Positions 55,667 through 62,896 of a DNA stretch of 64,000 nucleotides are shown one piece after another. Location: positions 4,826-68,825 of the forward strand of contig CAZIAK010000013.1 of assembly GCA_964537035.1 (NCBI GenBank). Direction: 5' to 3'. The stretch is from an uncultured Phycisphaerales bacterium (lineage in GTDB: Bacteria; Planctomycetota; B15-G4). The translations under genes and the position numbers were made by a program. The notes under the pieces were generated by a model that was not told the DNA's origin, did no database searches, and saw only the letters and a list, made by a program, of their open reading frames with translations. Positions within the stretch are counted from its first letter, which is position 1. Every line of letters begins with the position of its first letter.

Positions 55667-55788
55667 GGGTCACTGCGCACGGCGAGGGGGTAGGTACCTC
55701 GCTCAGACAGTCCTCGACAGCGGCGACTTCGTCGCCGTTGTCTGCGGAACTCGCGCTGCACCTACCCCCTCGCCGCGCGCAGTGACCC
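55667..55788. repeat. Long imperfect palindrome 1 (29-bp arms, 64-nt interior containing a 12-bp hairpin)
   Basis: GGGTCACTGCGCACGGCGAGGGGGTAGGT (55667-55695) is the reverse complement of 55760-55788 with one mismatch. An inner stem GACAGCGGCGAC-ttc-GTCGCCGTTGTC lies at 55716-55742. The element starts 12 nt after the SPFH stop. Confidence 0.85.
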
Positions 55789-55809
55789 CGCCAGCACGCT
55801 CACGCTGGA

Positions 55810-55991
55810 CTAGTCTGACCTATTCGCGGAGTTCGTCGCGAGAGCGTGGTTGCGCCTTCGTGGCAAGGCGGAGGGCGCGATGGCACCGGAGGCGGGGTGC
55901 CACCCCGTTGAGGATGGCATCGTGGACTCCAACGCAGTCCACGAAGGCGCAACCGCGTTCGCAGCAGGAGTCCGTGAATAGGTCAGACTAG
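55810..55991. repeat. Long imperfect palindrome 2 (182 nt, rod-like; perfect 16-bp termini CTAGTCTGACCTATTC/GAATAGGTCAGACTAG)
   Basis: The outer 21-bp stem (55810-55830 with 55971-55991) has one G-T pair. The inner 20-bp stem (55844-55863 with 55939-55958) has two G-T pairs. An apical hairpin TGGCACC-N8-GGTGCCA lies at 55881-55902. Confidence 0.85.
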
Positions 55992-56111
55992 GGGGGCGGC
56001 GGAGCCGGGTGGCTGGGCGTTGGGGGCTGCCTTGGGACTGCTCTTGGTCACCTGGTCTGGCGGTGGGAGTCAGGGCGGTTGGGGGTGGGTTCGCTGACAT
56101 GCCCGTGGGGG
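55992..56111 (-). promoter_or_regulatory. C-rich/G-poor tract on the transcribed (minus) strand just after the stop of 56112-57623 (rut-like; G-run-rich on the plus strand)
   Basis: The plus strand reads GGGGGGCGGCGGAGCCGGGTGGCTGGGCGTTGGGGG...GGGCGGTTGGGGGTGGG with few C. The minus-strand RNA would therefore be strongly C>G. Confidence 0.4.
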
Positions 56112-57623
56112 TCAGTTGTCTTGTGTGAGGCTTCCGGCTGTCCAGTTGTCTGTGCCTGTTGCTTTGCGGGTGTTGCCTCCGCTGACTGTGCTGTGGACGC
56201 CTGACGCTAGGTTGGATCGGCCTCCTCCTGCCGTCGAATAGTCGGCTGTGGCCTGGTTGCCTTCGCTGGGGGTTGCGCCGCCACCGGCCAGGACTGTGGC
56301 GAACTCCCCGGAGGCCACGCCGAAGCGGCCTCCCAATGCGACGGCCCCGACGCCGGAGGAGGCATTGGTGCCGGCTCCGGCCCGGTTGTCGCTGCCTCCC
56401 ACCACCACGGACGTCGCGCCTGTGGCCCGGTTGTTCTCACCCCCCACCACGACCGATCCATCACCAGCAGCCTCTCCGAAGGCGCCGGAGACTGCTGTGG
56501 AGCTCACGCCAGTGGCGCGCATCTGTTCGCCCCCCACAACGCACGAGGTCTTGCCCGCGGCCACGTTCGACTCGCCTGAGCACACATGGGCGTAGTCCCC
56601 GGGCACCAGATTATAGGCCCCTCCCGCTGCGGTCGCGTGCATGCCGGAGGCGCAGTTGTAGCCGCCACCCAAGACGGCTGAGCTCTCGCCCATGGCCTGG
56701 CATTCCTCCCCACCCAGGACCGCCGAACGCAGCCCACCGGCCGAGCCGTTGAAGCCGCCGGCCACCGTCGAGTAGGGAGCGCTGACCGTGTTCGTGTCGC
56801 CGCCGAGCAGACCGCCAAAGCTTGAGTAGGTGTGCCACTTGCCGATCACCAGATTGTGCGAGCCGGTGCGGTCGTTGGCACCGAACGGGAAGGCCTCGTC
56901 GTAGCCGATGATCAGATTGCCCAGGCCATTCGTTGTGGTGACAGATCCATCGACAGACGACGAGTCGGCTGGGTATCCGTTCGTGGCCCGCAGCCCGCTC
57001 ACCAGCTGCAGGTTCGCGCCGCTGATACGAATGGTCTTGCGCAGTCCACCCTGACCATCATCCAGCCAGACCAGCGAGAAGTGGGAAAGGATCTGGTTCA
57101 GGCTCTCCCCGCCGGGAGCGCCTGCCTTCGCGGAGCTGCTCGGCGCGCCCGCATCGCGGAAGAACCGCCCCCCATGGGACCAGAAGATCACGTCCGTGCC
57201 GTCGTTGTGCAGCACGAGTTCTTCCGCGCCCAGGCCGTCCAGGTCCATGCGTTCAGCGGTCACTCCCTGCCCACCGTCACCCAGCCCCAACGCGCCCGTG
57301 GCCTCCACCAACCCACCGGCACCGTCCCCCAACAGCGCCCGATTCTCCGTCGCCGAAGTGAGATACAGATCCGCATGCCCGTCCCCGTCGAGGTCGCTGA
57401 CCAGCACATCCTGAACCCCCGTAACCCTCACAGACTGCAGCCCGTCCTGCACCAGGGGCACAAACCGCCCGCGCCCAAGATTCACCGCCACAGCAAGGCT
57501 CCCATCCGCCCCCAAGAGCAGCTTGTCAGCCAACCCATCCCCCGTGAGTTCAACCAACCGCAGCGAAGGTACAGGCTGCACCTGCATCAACAAAGAACCC
57601 ACAAGCAGCAAGGACAAGAACAT
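56112..57623 (-). CDS. Secreted chimeric protein: N-terminal FG-GAP/VCBS repeats plus C-terminal YadA-head/Hep_Hag-like Gly-rich repeats
   Basis: Signal MFLSLLLVGSLLMQ (ATG at 57623, GAGG 5 nt upstream). FG-GAP motifs (LTGDGLADKLL, SDLDGDGHADLYL). Then about 14 tandem units of the type S.V.GG..N.A.G.. Confidence 0.75.
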   Translation of the reverse strand: MFLSLLLVGSLLMQVQPVPSLRLVELTGDGLADKLLLGADGSLAVAVNLGRGRFVPLVQDGLQSVRVTGVQDVLVSDLDGDGHADLYLTSATENRALLGDGAGGLVEATGALGLGDGGQGVTAERMDLDGLGAEELVLHNDGTDVIFWSHGGRFFRDAGAPSSSAKAGAPGGESLNQILSHFSLVWLDDGQGGLRKTIRISGANLQLVSGLRATNGYPADSSSVDGSVTTTNGLGNLIIGYDEAFPFGANDRTGSHNLVIGKWHTYSSFGGLLGGDTNTVSAPYSTVAGGFNGSAGGLRSAVLGGEECQAMGESSAVLGGGYNCASGMHATAAGGAYNLVPGDYAHVCSGESNVAAGKTSCVVGGEQMRATGVSSTAVSGAFGEAAGDGSVVVGGENNRATGATSVVVGGSDNRAGAGTNASSGVGAVALGGRFGVASGEFATVLAGGGATPSEGNQATADYSTAGGGRSNLASGVHSTVSGGNTRKATGTDNWTAGSLTQDN

Positions 57624-57728
57624 GGCAACCTCAAAGGTGACAAGAGAAGGGATCCCCAAAGCAGTCTATCAGCAGCACAAATCGCTGCCCGCCCCCCTCG
57701 AGCCCGGTGCCTCCAGGAGATCCCACGC

Positions 57729-57756
57729 CCCGGCTCCGCCGCCAAGTCCCGCCAGC
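57729..57756 (-). promoter_or_regulatory. 28-bp motif copy A (CCCGGCTCCGCCGCCAAGTCCCGCCAGC), upstream of 56112-57623
   Basis: Identical 28-mer to 59965-59992. It lies 106-133 nt upstream of the ATG at 57623. Confidence 0.6.
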
Positions 57757-57789
57757 GACCAGCAACCAACCAGCCCGCCATGCCCAGGA

Positions 57790-59874
57790 TCAAGGCGCCG
57801 TCAACTGGACAGCATTGCTGAGACTGGCCCCGCTGCTAGCCGTGCCGTCGACCACGCCGACCTGATTCCAAAGCTGGACTCCGGACGGCAAGGCCGTCGG
57901 CCAAATCAGATCAAGCCACCAGGAACCCGCGGGGTCGGTCGGCACCACGATGGAGAACACAATGGGGACGGTGTGCAACCAGCCACCCTTGAAGGGTGTG
58001 GGAGTACTGGACAGTGACACGAACAGCAGGGACACAGCGTTCGGCGCGCCGTCCCGAAACGAGACGCTGAGAGTAGAGCCACCGCTCAGGTCACCGAACA
58101 TCAACAGGTCGGGATGGCCGGCCACTCCGGGCGTTCCGGAGCCGACGGTCTCGATCACGGTGACGCCAGCGGAGGTCTGTACGTAGCCCTGCCACGCGGT
58201 CACAAACGTGTTCCCCCCTTCGTCGCTGCCCTCGACGTACCAGGCGATGCTGCCGTTCACGCCCCCGGGTATGGTGGCCTGAAACTGACTGCCCCGCTGG
58301 CTGCGCATGGGCGAGCGTACCGGCAGGCCACCATCGACGGTGTAGACGAGGTCGACGTCGTATCGGCGGATAGTGCGTTGGGGAGAGTTGTCCCGCAACT
58401 GCACGCGCAGGGGCGTATCGCTGCCGTCGTTCTTGTCAGGCTGCGCCGTGAGCAAGTAGACCGACGGCGCGTGGGTATCAGGCACGCCGAGAACGTTTTC
58501 CCACAGCCTGTTCTGCTGATTGCCGTCGTTGCCCAGCACCAGATCAGGGTCACCGTCGCCGTCCAGGTCGCCCGACTCCACCGCGTCCGTGGTGCCGCCA
58601 TTTCCAGAGGTCGGAGTCTCGAACCAGCTGGCCTGAGACCCGCCGGAAACGGTGCCGGTGCGGTGTAGCTGCACGTCGAGGCCCGGCTGGTCCGCGAGCG
58701 AACTCTGGTAGAGCCAGTTCGTCCCAGAGAAGTTGCCGCTGAACACGTCAAGGTCGCCGTCGCCATCGAAATCGAGGACATCGACCTCCTCTTCATCCAG
58801 GTTCGGGTCGCCCAAGATCGCGCCCCCGGCCACCGCGAACCGACCCGTGCCGTCGTTGACGAGCAACCGCTCCTGAAAGCCCGAGTAGTTGTTCATCCAG
58901 GCGTCGTAGTCGCCGTCGCCGTCATAGTCGGCCAGTTCGACCTCATAGTTGCTGTTGCCAGAGAGCCCCGCGCCCTGGGCAAGCAGCGCCCCATGGGTAA
59001 CGTCGGTGAACGGATCGCCCGGCCACACCATCGCCTGCACATCGAGGTCGTTGCGGAAGACCCGGGCCTGGCTGTCGCGGCTGGCGACGAAGATGTCGAG
59101 ATCGAAGTCGGCGTCGAGGTCGGCGAGATCCACGTCCATGACGTGCATCTTGGTGTCCGCGGCTGGGTCTGCCCAGGGCCAGAGTTCGTCAAACGTGCCT
59201 GTGCCGTCGTTCAGGAAGACGCGGCTGTCGTAGGCGCCATTGATGTTCGGTCCGTACGTGCTTGAGAAGAGGTCGGGGTCCCCATCCAGATCGAGGTCGC
59301 CGAACGAGCAGTCGCAGGGGAAGTCGCGAAAGGGACCGTGGTCGCCACCGAAGATCTGCTGCGACGCAGGCACTCCCAGAAGATCGCCCCAGAAGTCGTC
59401 GGTATGCTCGGCGAAGAAGCCCACCGAACCGAGCTGCATGCCCCCCTGATTCGAATAGGCACGACTGACGCCCCCGCCGTTCGACGTGTTCCCCTCATTT
59501 GTAAAGAACAGGTCGAGGTCGCCATCTCCGTCGTAGTCCACAAACTCGAGGTCGCGGCTACGGTCGACAGGATGGCCAGCGAATCGCGTGACCGTTTCAT
59601 CCACGAAGCTGCCCAGCACACCTCCCTGCACTCCACCCTGGTTGATGAAGATGCTGTTGGCCTGGGGCGCATACAAGCCGTTGGCCACAGCCACGTCCAG
59701 GTCGCCATCGTGGTCGGCGTCAGCAATGTCGATGCCGCCAGTGCGCCCCCCACCAAAGGCGCTCACCGCCGTAGGAAAATTACGTCCAGGCTGCAGGTCA
59801 ACAAGCTGCGCCGCCCCAGGCTCCGCAAGAAGCAGCACAAAGACCGCCGACAGATGAAGTCTAGACACGAACAC
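57790..59874 (-). CDS. Secreted FG-GAP repeat (integrin-alpha-like 7-blade propeller) protein carrying the shared C-terminal module
   Basis: Signal peptide and seven Ca-binding-type repeats (DADHDGDLDVAVAN, DYDGDGDLDLFFTN, DLDLDGDPDLFSS, DLDADFDLDIFVAS, DYDGDGDYDAWMNN, DFDGDGDLDVFSGN, DLDGDGDPDLVLGN). The last 89 aa align with the EEP and 774-aa tails. GTG start with GGAGG upstream. Confidence 0.85.
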   Translation of the reverse strand: MFVSRLHLSAVFVLLLAEPGAAQLVDLQPGRNFPTAVSAFGGGRTGGIDIADADHDGDLDVAVANGLYAPQANSIFINQGGVQGGVLGSFVDETVTRFAGHPVDRSRDLEFVDYDGDGDLDLFFTNEGNTSNGGGVSRAYSNQGGMQLGSVGFFAEHTDDFWGDLLGVPASQQIFGGDHGPFRDFPCDCSFGDLDLDGDPDLFSSTYGPNINGAYDSRVFLNDGTGTFDELWPWADPAADTKMHVMDVDLADLDADFDLDIFVASRDSQARVFRNDLDVQAMVWPGDPFTDVTHGALLAQGAGLSGNSNYEVELADYDGDGDYDAWMNNYSGFQERLLVNDGTGRFAVAGGAILGDPNLDEEEVDVLDFDGDGDLDVFSGNFSGTNWLYQSSLADQPGLDVQLHRTGTVSGGSQASWFETPTSGNGGTTDAVESGDLDGDGDPDLVLGNDGNQQNRLWENVLGVPDTHAPSVYLLTAQPDKNDGSDTPLRVQLRDNSPQRTIRRYDVDLVYTVDGGLPVRSPMRSQRGSQFQATIPGGVNGSIAWYVEGSDEGGNTFVTAWQGYVQTSAGVTVIETVGSGTPGVAGHPDLLMFGDLSGGSTLSVSFRDGAPNAVSLLFVSLSSTPTPFKGGWLHTVPIVFSIVVPTDPAGSWWLDLIWPTALPSGVQLWNQVGVVDGTASSGASLSNAVQLTAP

Positions 59875-59964
59875 AGTCCTCCCTGGCGAGCCTACGAAGT
59901 GCCATTACCACACGCCGCCCGATCATACCCCGCACAACCCCAAGGGCCCACGACACCCACCGCA

Positions 59965-59992
59965 CCCGGCTCCGCCGCCAAGTCCCGCCAGC
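59965..59992 (-). promoter_or_regulatory. 28-bp motif copy B (CCCGGCTCCGCCGCCAAGTCCCGCCAGC), upstream of 57790-59874
   Basis: Identical 28-mer to 57729-57756. It lies 91-118 nt upstream of the start at 59874. Confidence 0.6.
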
Positions 59993-60004
59993 CCCGCGTC
60001 GAGC

Positions 60005-60117
60005 GGGTGTGATCGCGCCGGGGCTCTGACCCGCAAGATTCCGCAGGGTGGCTGCCCAAAGGGCAGACTCCCGAGGACCTGACCGAAGCGGATCAGGGCC
60101 CCGGCGCGGTCACACCC
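60005..60117. repeat. Long palindrome 3 (20-bp arms with one G-T pair, 73-nt interior with inner hairpins); likely 3' stem-loop/terminator of the molybdoenzyme operon
   Basis: GGGTGTGATCGCGCCGGGGC (60005-60024) pairs with GCCCCGGCGCGGTCACACCC (60098-60117). An inner CTGCCC-aaa-GGGCAG hairpin is present. The element lies 24 nt beyond the stop at 60142 in the minus-strand direction. Confidence 0.75.
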
Positions 60118-60141
60118 CCACGGCCCGCCGCCCCGCCGCTC

Positions 60142-62874
60142 CTACGAGGGATCGAGCCGATAAGCCGCATCGGTCGGCCGCAACGGTCGATGCATCCACA
60201 GAGGACGCCGCAACCCACCGGGCCCCGGGGCTGGCTTCGTCTGAGCAAACCACTCAGCGAAGACCTGCCGACTGCGTGCCATGTCGACAAAGACATCGCC
60301 GTAACGGTCGTCAGCATGGGCAGCTTCGACGCGCACCTTCTGATGCCAGCAGTGCATGCCACTGATCGGATCAGGCTGCACCGGGAAGGCCAGGTTCTGG
60401 TTCACGCCGGTCTCGTTCCACCAGACCTTCTCGCTGTCCGGGTCAGCACTCGAAAAAGCAGCAGCGCCCTTCTTCTGGCGGAACAAGAACGTGCCCTTCT
60501 CGCGGATGATCTCGACCTCGGCGCTGGCCCCTTTGTGACCACCGATCTCGCGGTAGAGACGCCACCGTCCCACGTGATGACTGGCGGCCACGACGCCCGG
60601 GCGAATGCCCTCGGTGACCCAGGCCCTGATCACGAAGTGACCGATGCCCGTGTTGACCCGAGCCAGCTCTCCCGCCACCAGGCCCAGGGCCTCGGCGTCT
60701 CCGGGATGGACCCAGAGTGGGTTGGTGTGTGAGATCTCCTGCAGCCACTTGGCGTTGCCTGAACGCGTGTGGATCAAGGTGGGTACGCGGAACGTGGGCA
60801 GTAACACTCGTTCGCCGGCGGAGAGATCGATCACGCCGTGGTGCACCTGACTCTCGATGAACTGGGGCAGGGACTGATCGTCGTGGCCCCACTCGGACAG
60901 GGTCGGGCTGTAGATGTCGAGCTTTCCGCTCGGCGTGCCGAACCCTTGGCGACGGGTGCCGTCGGCGAGCTCGACACCGCCGCTCTCGACCTCCGCCTCG
61001 TAGCGCTGCTGCCCCTTGTAGGGCACCTCGTACGCGCCATGGCTGCGCATGTACTCGAGCGGCGTGAGCCCCTCTCTCTCGGCGGCCTCTGGTAGGCCGG
61101 GCACCGAGTTCTCGAACAGATCACCGTAGTACTCGTCGATGCTGATCGGTTCACCCGGGCGCTGCTTCGACTCATACCACTTGCGAATGCCCATGGAGCC
61201 GTCCGGGTCGATGCGCCAGGTCAGGGCGATCCAGAACTCGGCCTCTTCCCAGACCTTGCCCGGATTGCTGCCCAGAGTCTGTGCGTCGCTCTGCCCCTGT
61301 TGCCGCTGGTACTCACGGAGCACGGGCTGGCGAAAGCCGATCCAGGTGCCGGCGTGGGTCTCCTGGCTCATGATGTCGTGGCGCTCGGGGCCGAGCCCCA
61401 TGGGCAAGACATAGTCGGCCCACTGCGCGGTCTCGGACCAGATCGGCGTGAGCGCCACATGGCAGCCCACCTGCTCTTCGTCCTCGAGCATCTCGATCCA
61501 GGAGCAGCCGTCCGGGTTGGTCCAGACCGGGTTGTAGACCCGGGTGAAGTAGGTGTCGATGCGGCTACCCTGTTCACGCAACAGGTGCGGCAACAGAAAG
61601 CTCATCTCGTAGTGGGCGAGTGGATACTCCCGAGGCCAGTGGCGTTCGTTCCACTGATCGGTGGGCGGCGGGTTCTCGCTGGGCTTGGGCGCGAACTTGT
61701 CCCAGCTGTTGGGATTGAGGCCGCCGGGTGTGCCCACGCTGCCGGTCAGCGCGTGGAGCAACATCAGGGCACGAGCCACCTGCCAGCCACCCAGATGCCC
61801 CGAGGCCGCTGCTCGCCAGAGATGGCTGCTGAACCGGGAGCCCGCAGCGGAGATCTCGTCGGCCAGCTGCGTCACCGTCTCTGCAGGCACGCGACACTCC
61901 GCCGCGACGAACTCGGGCGTGAAGCGGGCGTACTCCTCGAGCAGGCATTCGACGAAGCGGTCAAACGTCGCCACGCCCCCGGGTTCGCGGTGCTCCAGCC
62001 AGGCTCCCCACTCGATCCAGCGCTCGGCGAAGACCCGGTCAATGCGCCCGGACGCCAACAACTCCCGCGCCACCCCCAGCAGCAGCGCCGCCTCGGTGCC
62101 AGGCCAGGGCGAGACCCAGATGTCAGCGTGGCTGGCCGTGTTCGACAGTCGGGCGTCGAGGACCGCCAACCGAGAGCCAGACTCCTTGGCCTCGATGATC
62201 CGCTGCGCGTGTGGGTTGAAGTAGTGCCCGGTCTCGAGGTGCGCCGAGATGAGCAGCATGAACTTGCTGGCGGCGTAGTCGGGTGAGGGCCTGTCCGCCC
62301 CGAACCACAGCGAGTAGCCCAGCCTCGCCGCGCCGCTGCACACGTTGGTGTGGCTGTTGTGTCCGTCGATGCCCCAGGCCGCGAGCATGCGCATGACGAA
62401 GTGATCATCGCCGGGACGGCCCACATGATAGACCACTTCGCCCTTGCGTTCTTCGCGGAGTGCCTTGCCGATGCGCCCGCCAATATCGGCCAGGGCGTCC
62501 TCCCAGCTCACCTCTTCGAAGCGCCCTTCGCCTCGTTTGCCCACTCGCTTGAGCGGCGTGAGGATGCGCTCGCTGTCGTTCACCTGATTGATCGTGGCCG
62601 GCCCCTTGGCGCAGGTGCGGCCCCGGCTGCCCGGGTGCACCGGGTTGCCTTCGAACTTCTCGATGTGCCCGTCGCTCTTGTCGACGAAGGCCAGCAACCC
62701 GCAACCCGACTCACAGTTGAAGCAGATGGTGGGAATGCAGCGGTAGTGGCGCTCGACTTTCTTGGGCCAGGCGGTGGCATCAAGCTCGACCCAGTCTTCC
62801 CAATGCTCCTGGGACGGCCCCACGGCCAGCTCCCAGGGGGACGGGCGGCTGGGCTGCTTCTTGGTGTCGCTCAT
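60142..62874 (-). CDS. Molybdopterin (bis-MGD) oxidoreductase catalytic subunit, PsrA/TtrA-like; no Tat signal seen
   Basis: FS0 cluster motif CFNCESGCGL...GRTCAKG. Size and layout match the DMSO-reductase superfamily. The N-terminus MSDTKKQPSRPSPWEL lacks a twin-arginine motif. Confidence 0.9.
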   Translation of the reverse strand: MSDTKKQPSRPSPWELAVGPSQEHWEDWVELDATAWPKKVERHYRCIPTICFNCESGCGLLAFVDKSDGHIEKFEGNPVHPGSRGRTCAKGPATINQVNDSERILTPLKRVGKRGEGRFEEVSWEDALADIGGRIGKALREERKGEVVYHVGRPGDDHFVMRMLAAWGIDGHNSHTNVCSGAARLGYSLWFGADRPSPDYAASKFMLLISAHLETGHYFNPHAQRIIEAKESGSRLAVLDARLSNTASHADIWVSPWPGTEAALLLGVARELLASGRIDRVFAERWIEWGAWLEHREPGGVATFDRFVECLLEEYARFTPEFVAAECRVPAETVTQLADEISAAGSRFSSHLWRAAASGHLGGWQVARALMLLHALTGSVGTPGGLNPNSWDKFAPKPSENPPPTDQWNERHWPREYPLAHYEMSFLLPHLLREQGSRIDTYFTRVYNPVWTNPDGCSWIEMLEDEEQVGCHVALTPIWSETAQWADYVLPMGLGPERHDIMSQETHAGTWIGFRQPVLREYQRQQGQSDAQTLGSNPGKVWEEAEFWIALTWRIDPDGSMGIRKWYESKQRPGEPISIDEYYGDLFENSVPGLPEAAEREGLTPLEYMRSHGAYEVPYKGQQRYEAEVESGGVELADGTRRQGFGTPSGKLDIYSPTLSEWGHDDQSLPQFIESQVHHGVIDLSAGERVLLPTFRVPTLIHTRSGNAKWLQEISHTNPLWVHPGDAEALGLVAGELARVNTGIGHFVIRAWVTEGIRPGVVAASHHVGRWRLYREIGGHKGASAEVEIIREKGTFLFRQKKGAAAFSSADPDSEKVWWNETGVNQNLAFPVQPDPISGMHCWHQKVRVEAAHADDRYGDVFVDMARSRQVFAEWFAQTKPAPGPGGLRRPLWMHRPLRPTDAAYRLDPS

Positions 62875-62896
62875 GGCCGTCTCTCGTCTCGCCGGT

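Noticed and set aside
55667-55991. Integron attC sites, a retron msr/msd, or a CRISPR-like array as explanations for the tandem palindromes
   Set aside because: There are no GTTRRRY/RYYYAAC core sites. No reverse transcriptase, integrase or cas gene is nearby. The two palindromes have different sequences, so they are not repeat-spacer units.
57729-57756. Sigma-54 promoter reading of the 28-bp motif (CTGGCGGGACTTGGCG in gene orientation)
   Set aside because: The GG and GC elements are not at the canonical TGGCAC-N5-TTGC spacing or sequence. An ECF-like reading fits slightly better but remains speculative.
60142-62874. Selenocysteine recoding or a Tat leader hidden upstream of the molybdoenzyme start
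   Set aside because: The ORF is continuous with no in-frame TGA. Only 22 nt separate its ATG from the upstream gene's stop, leaving no room for a Tat leader.
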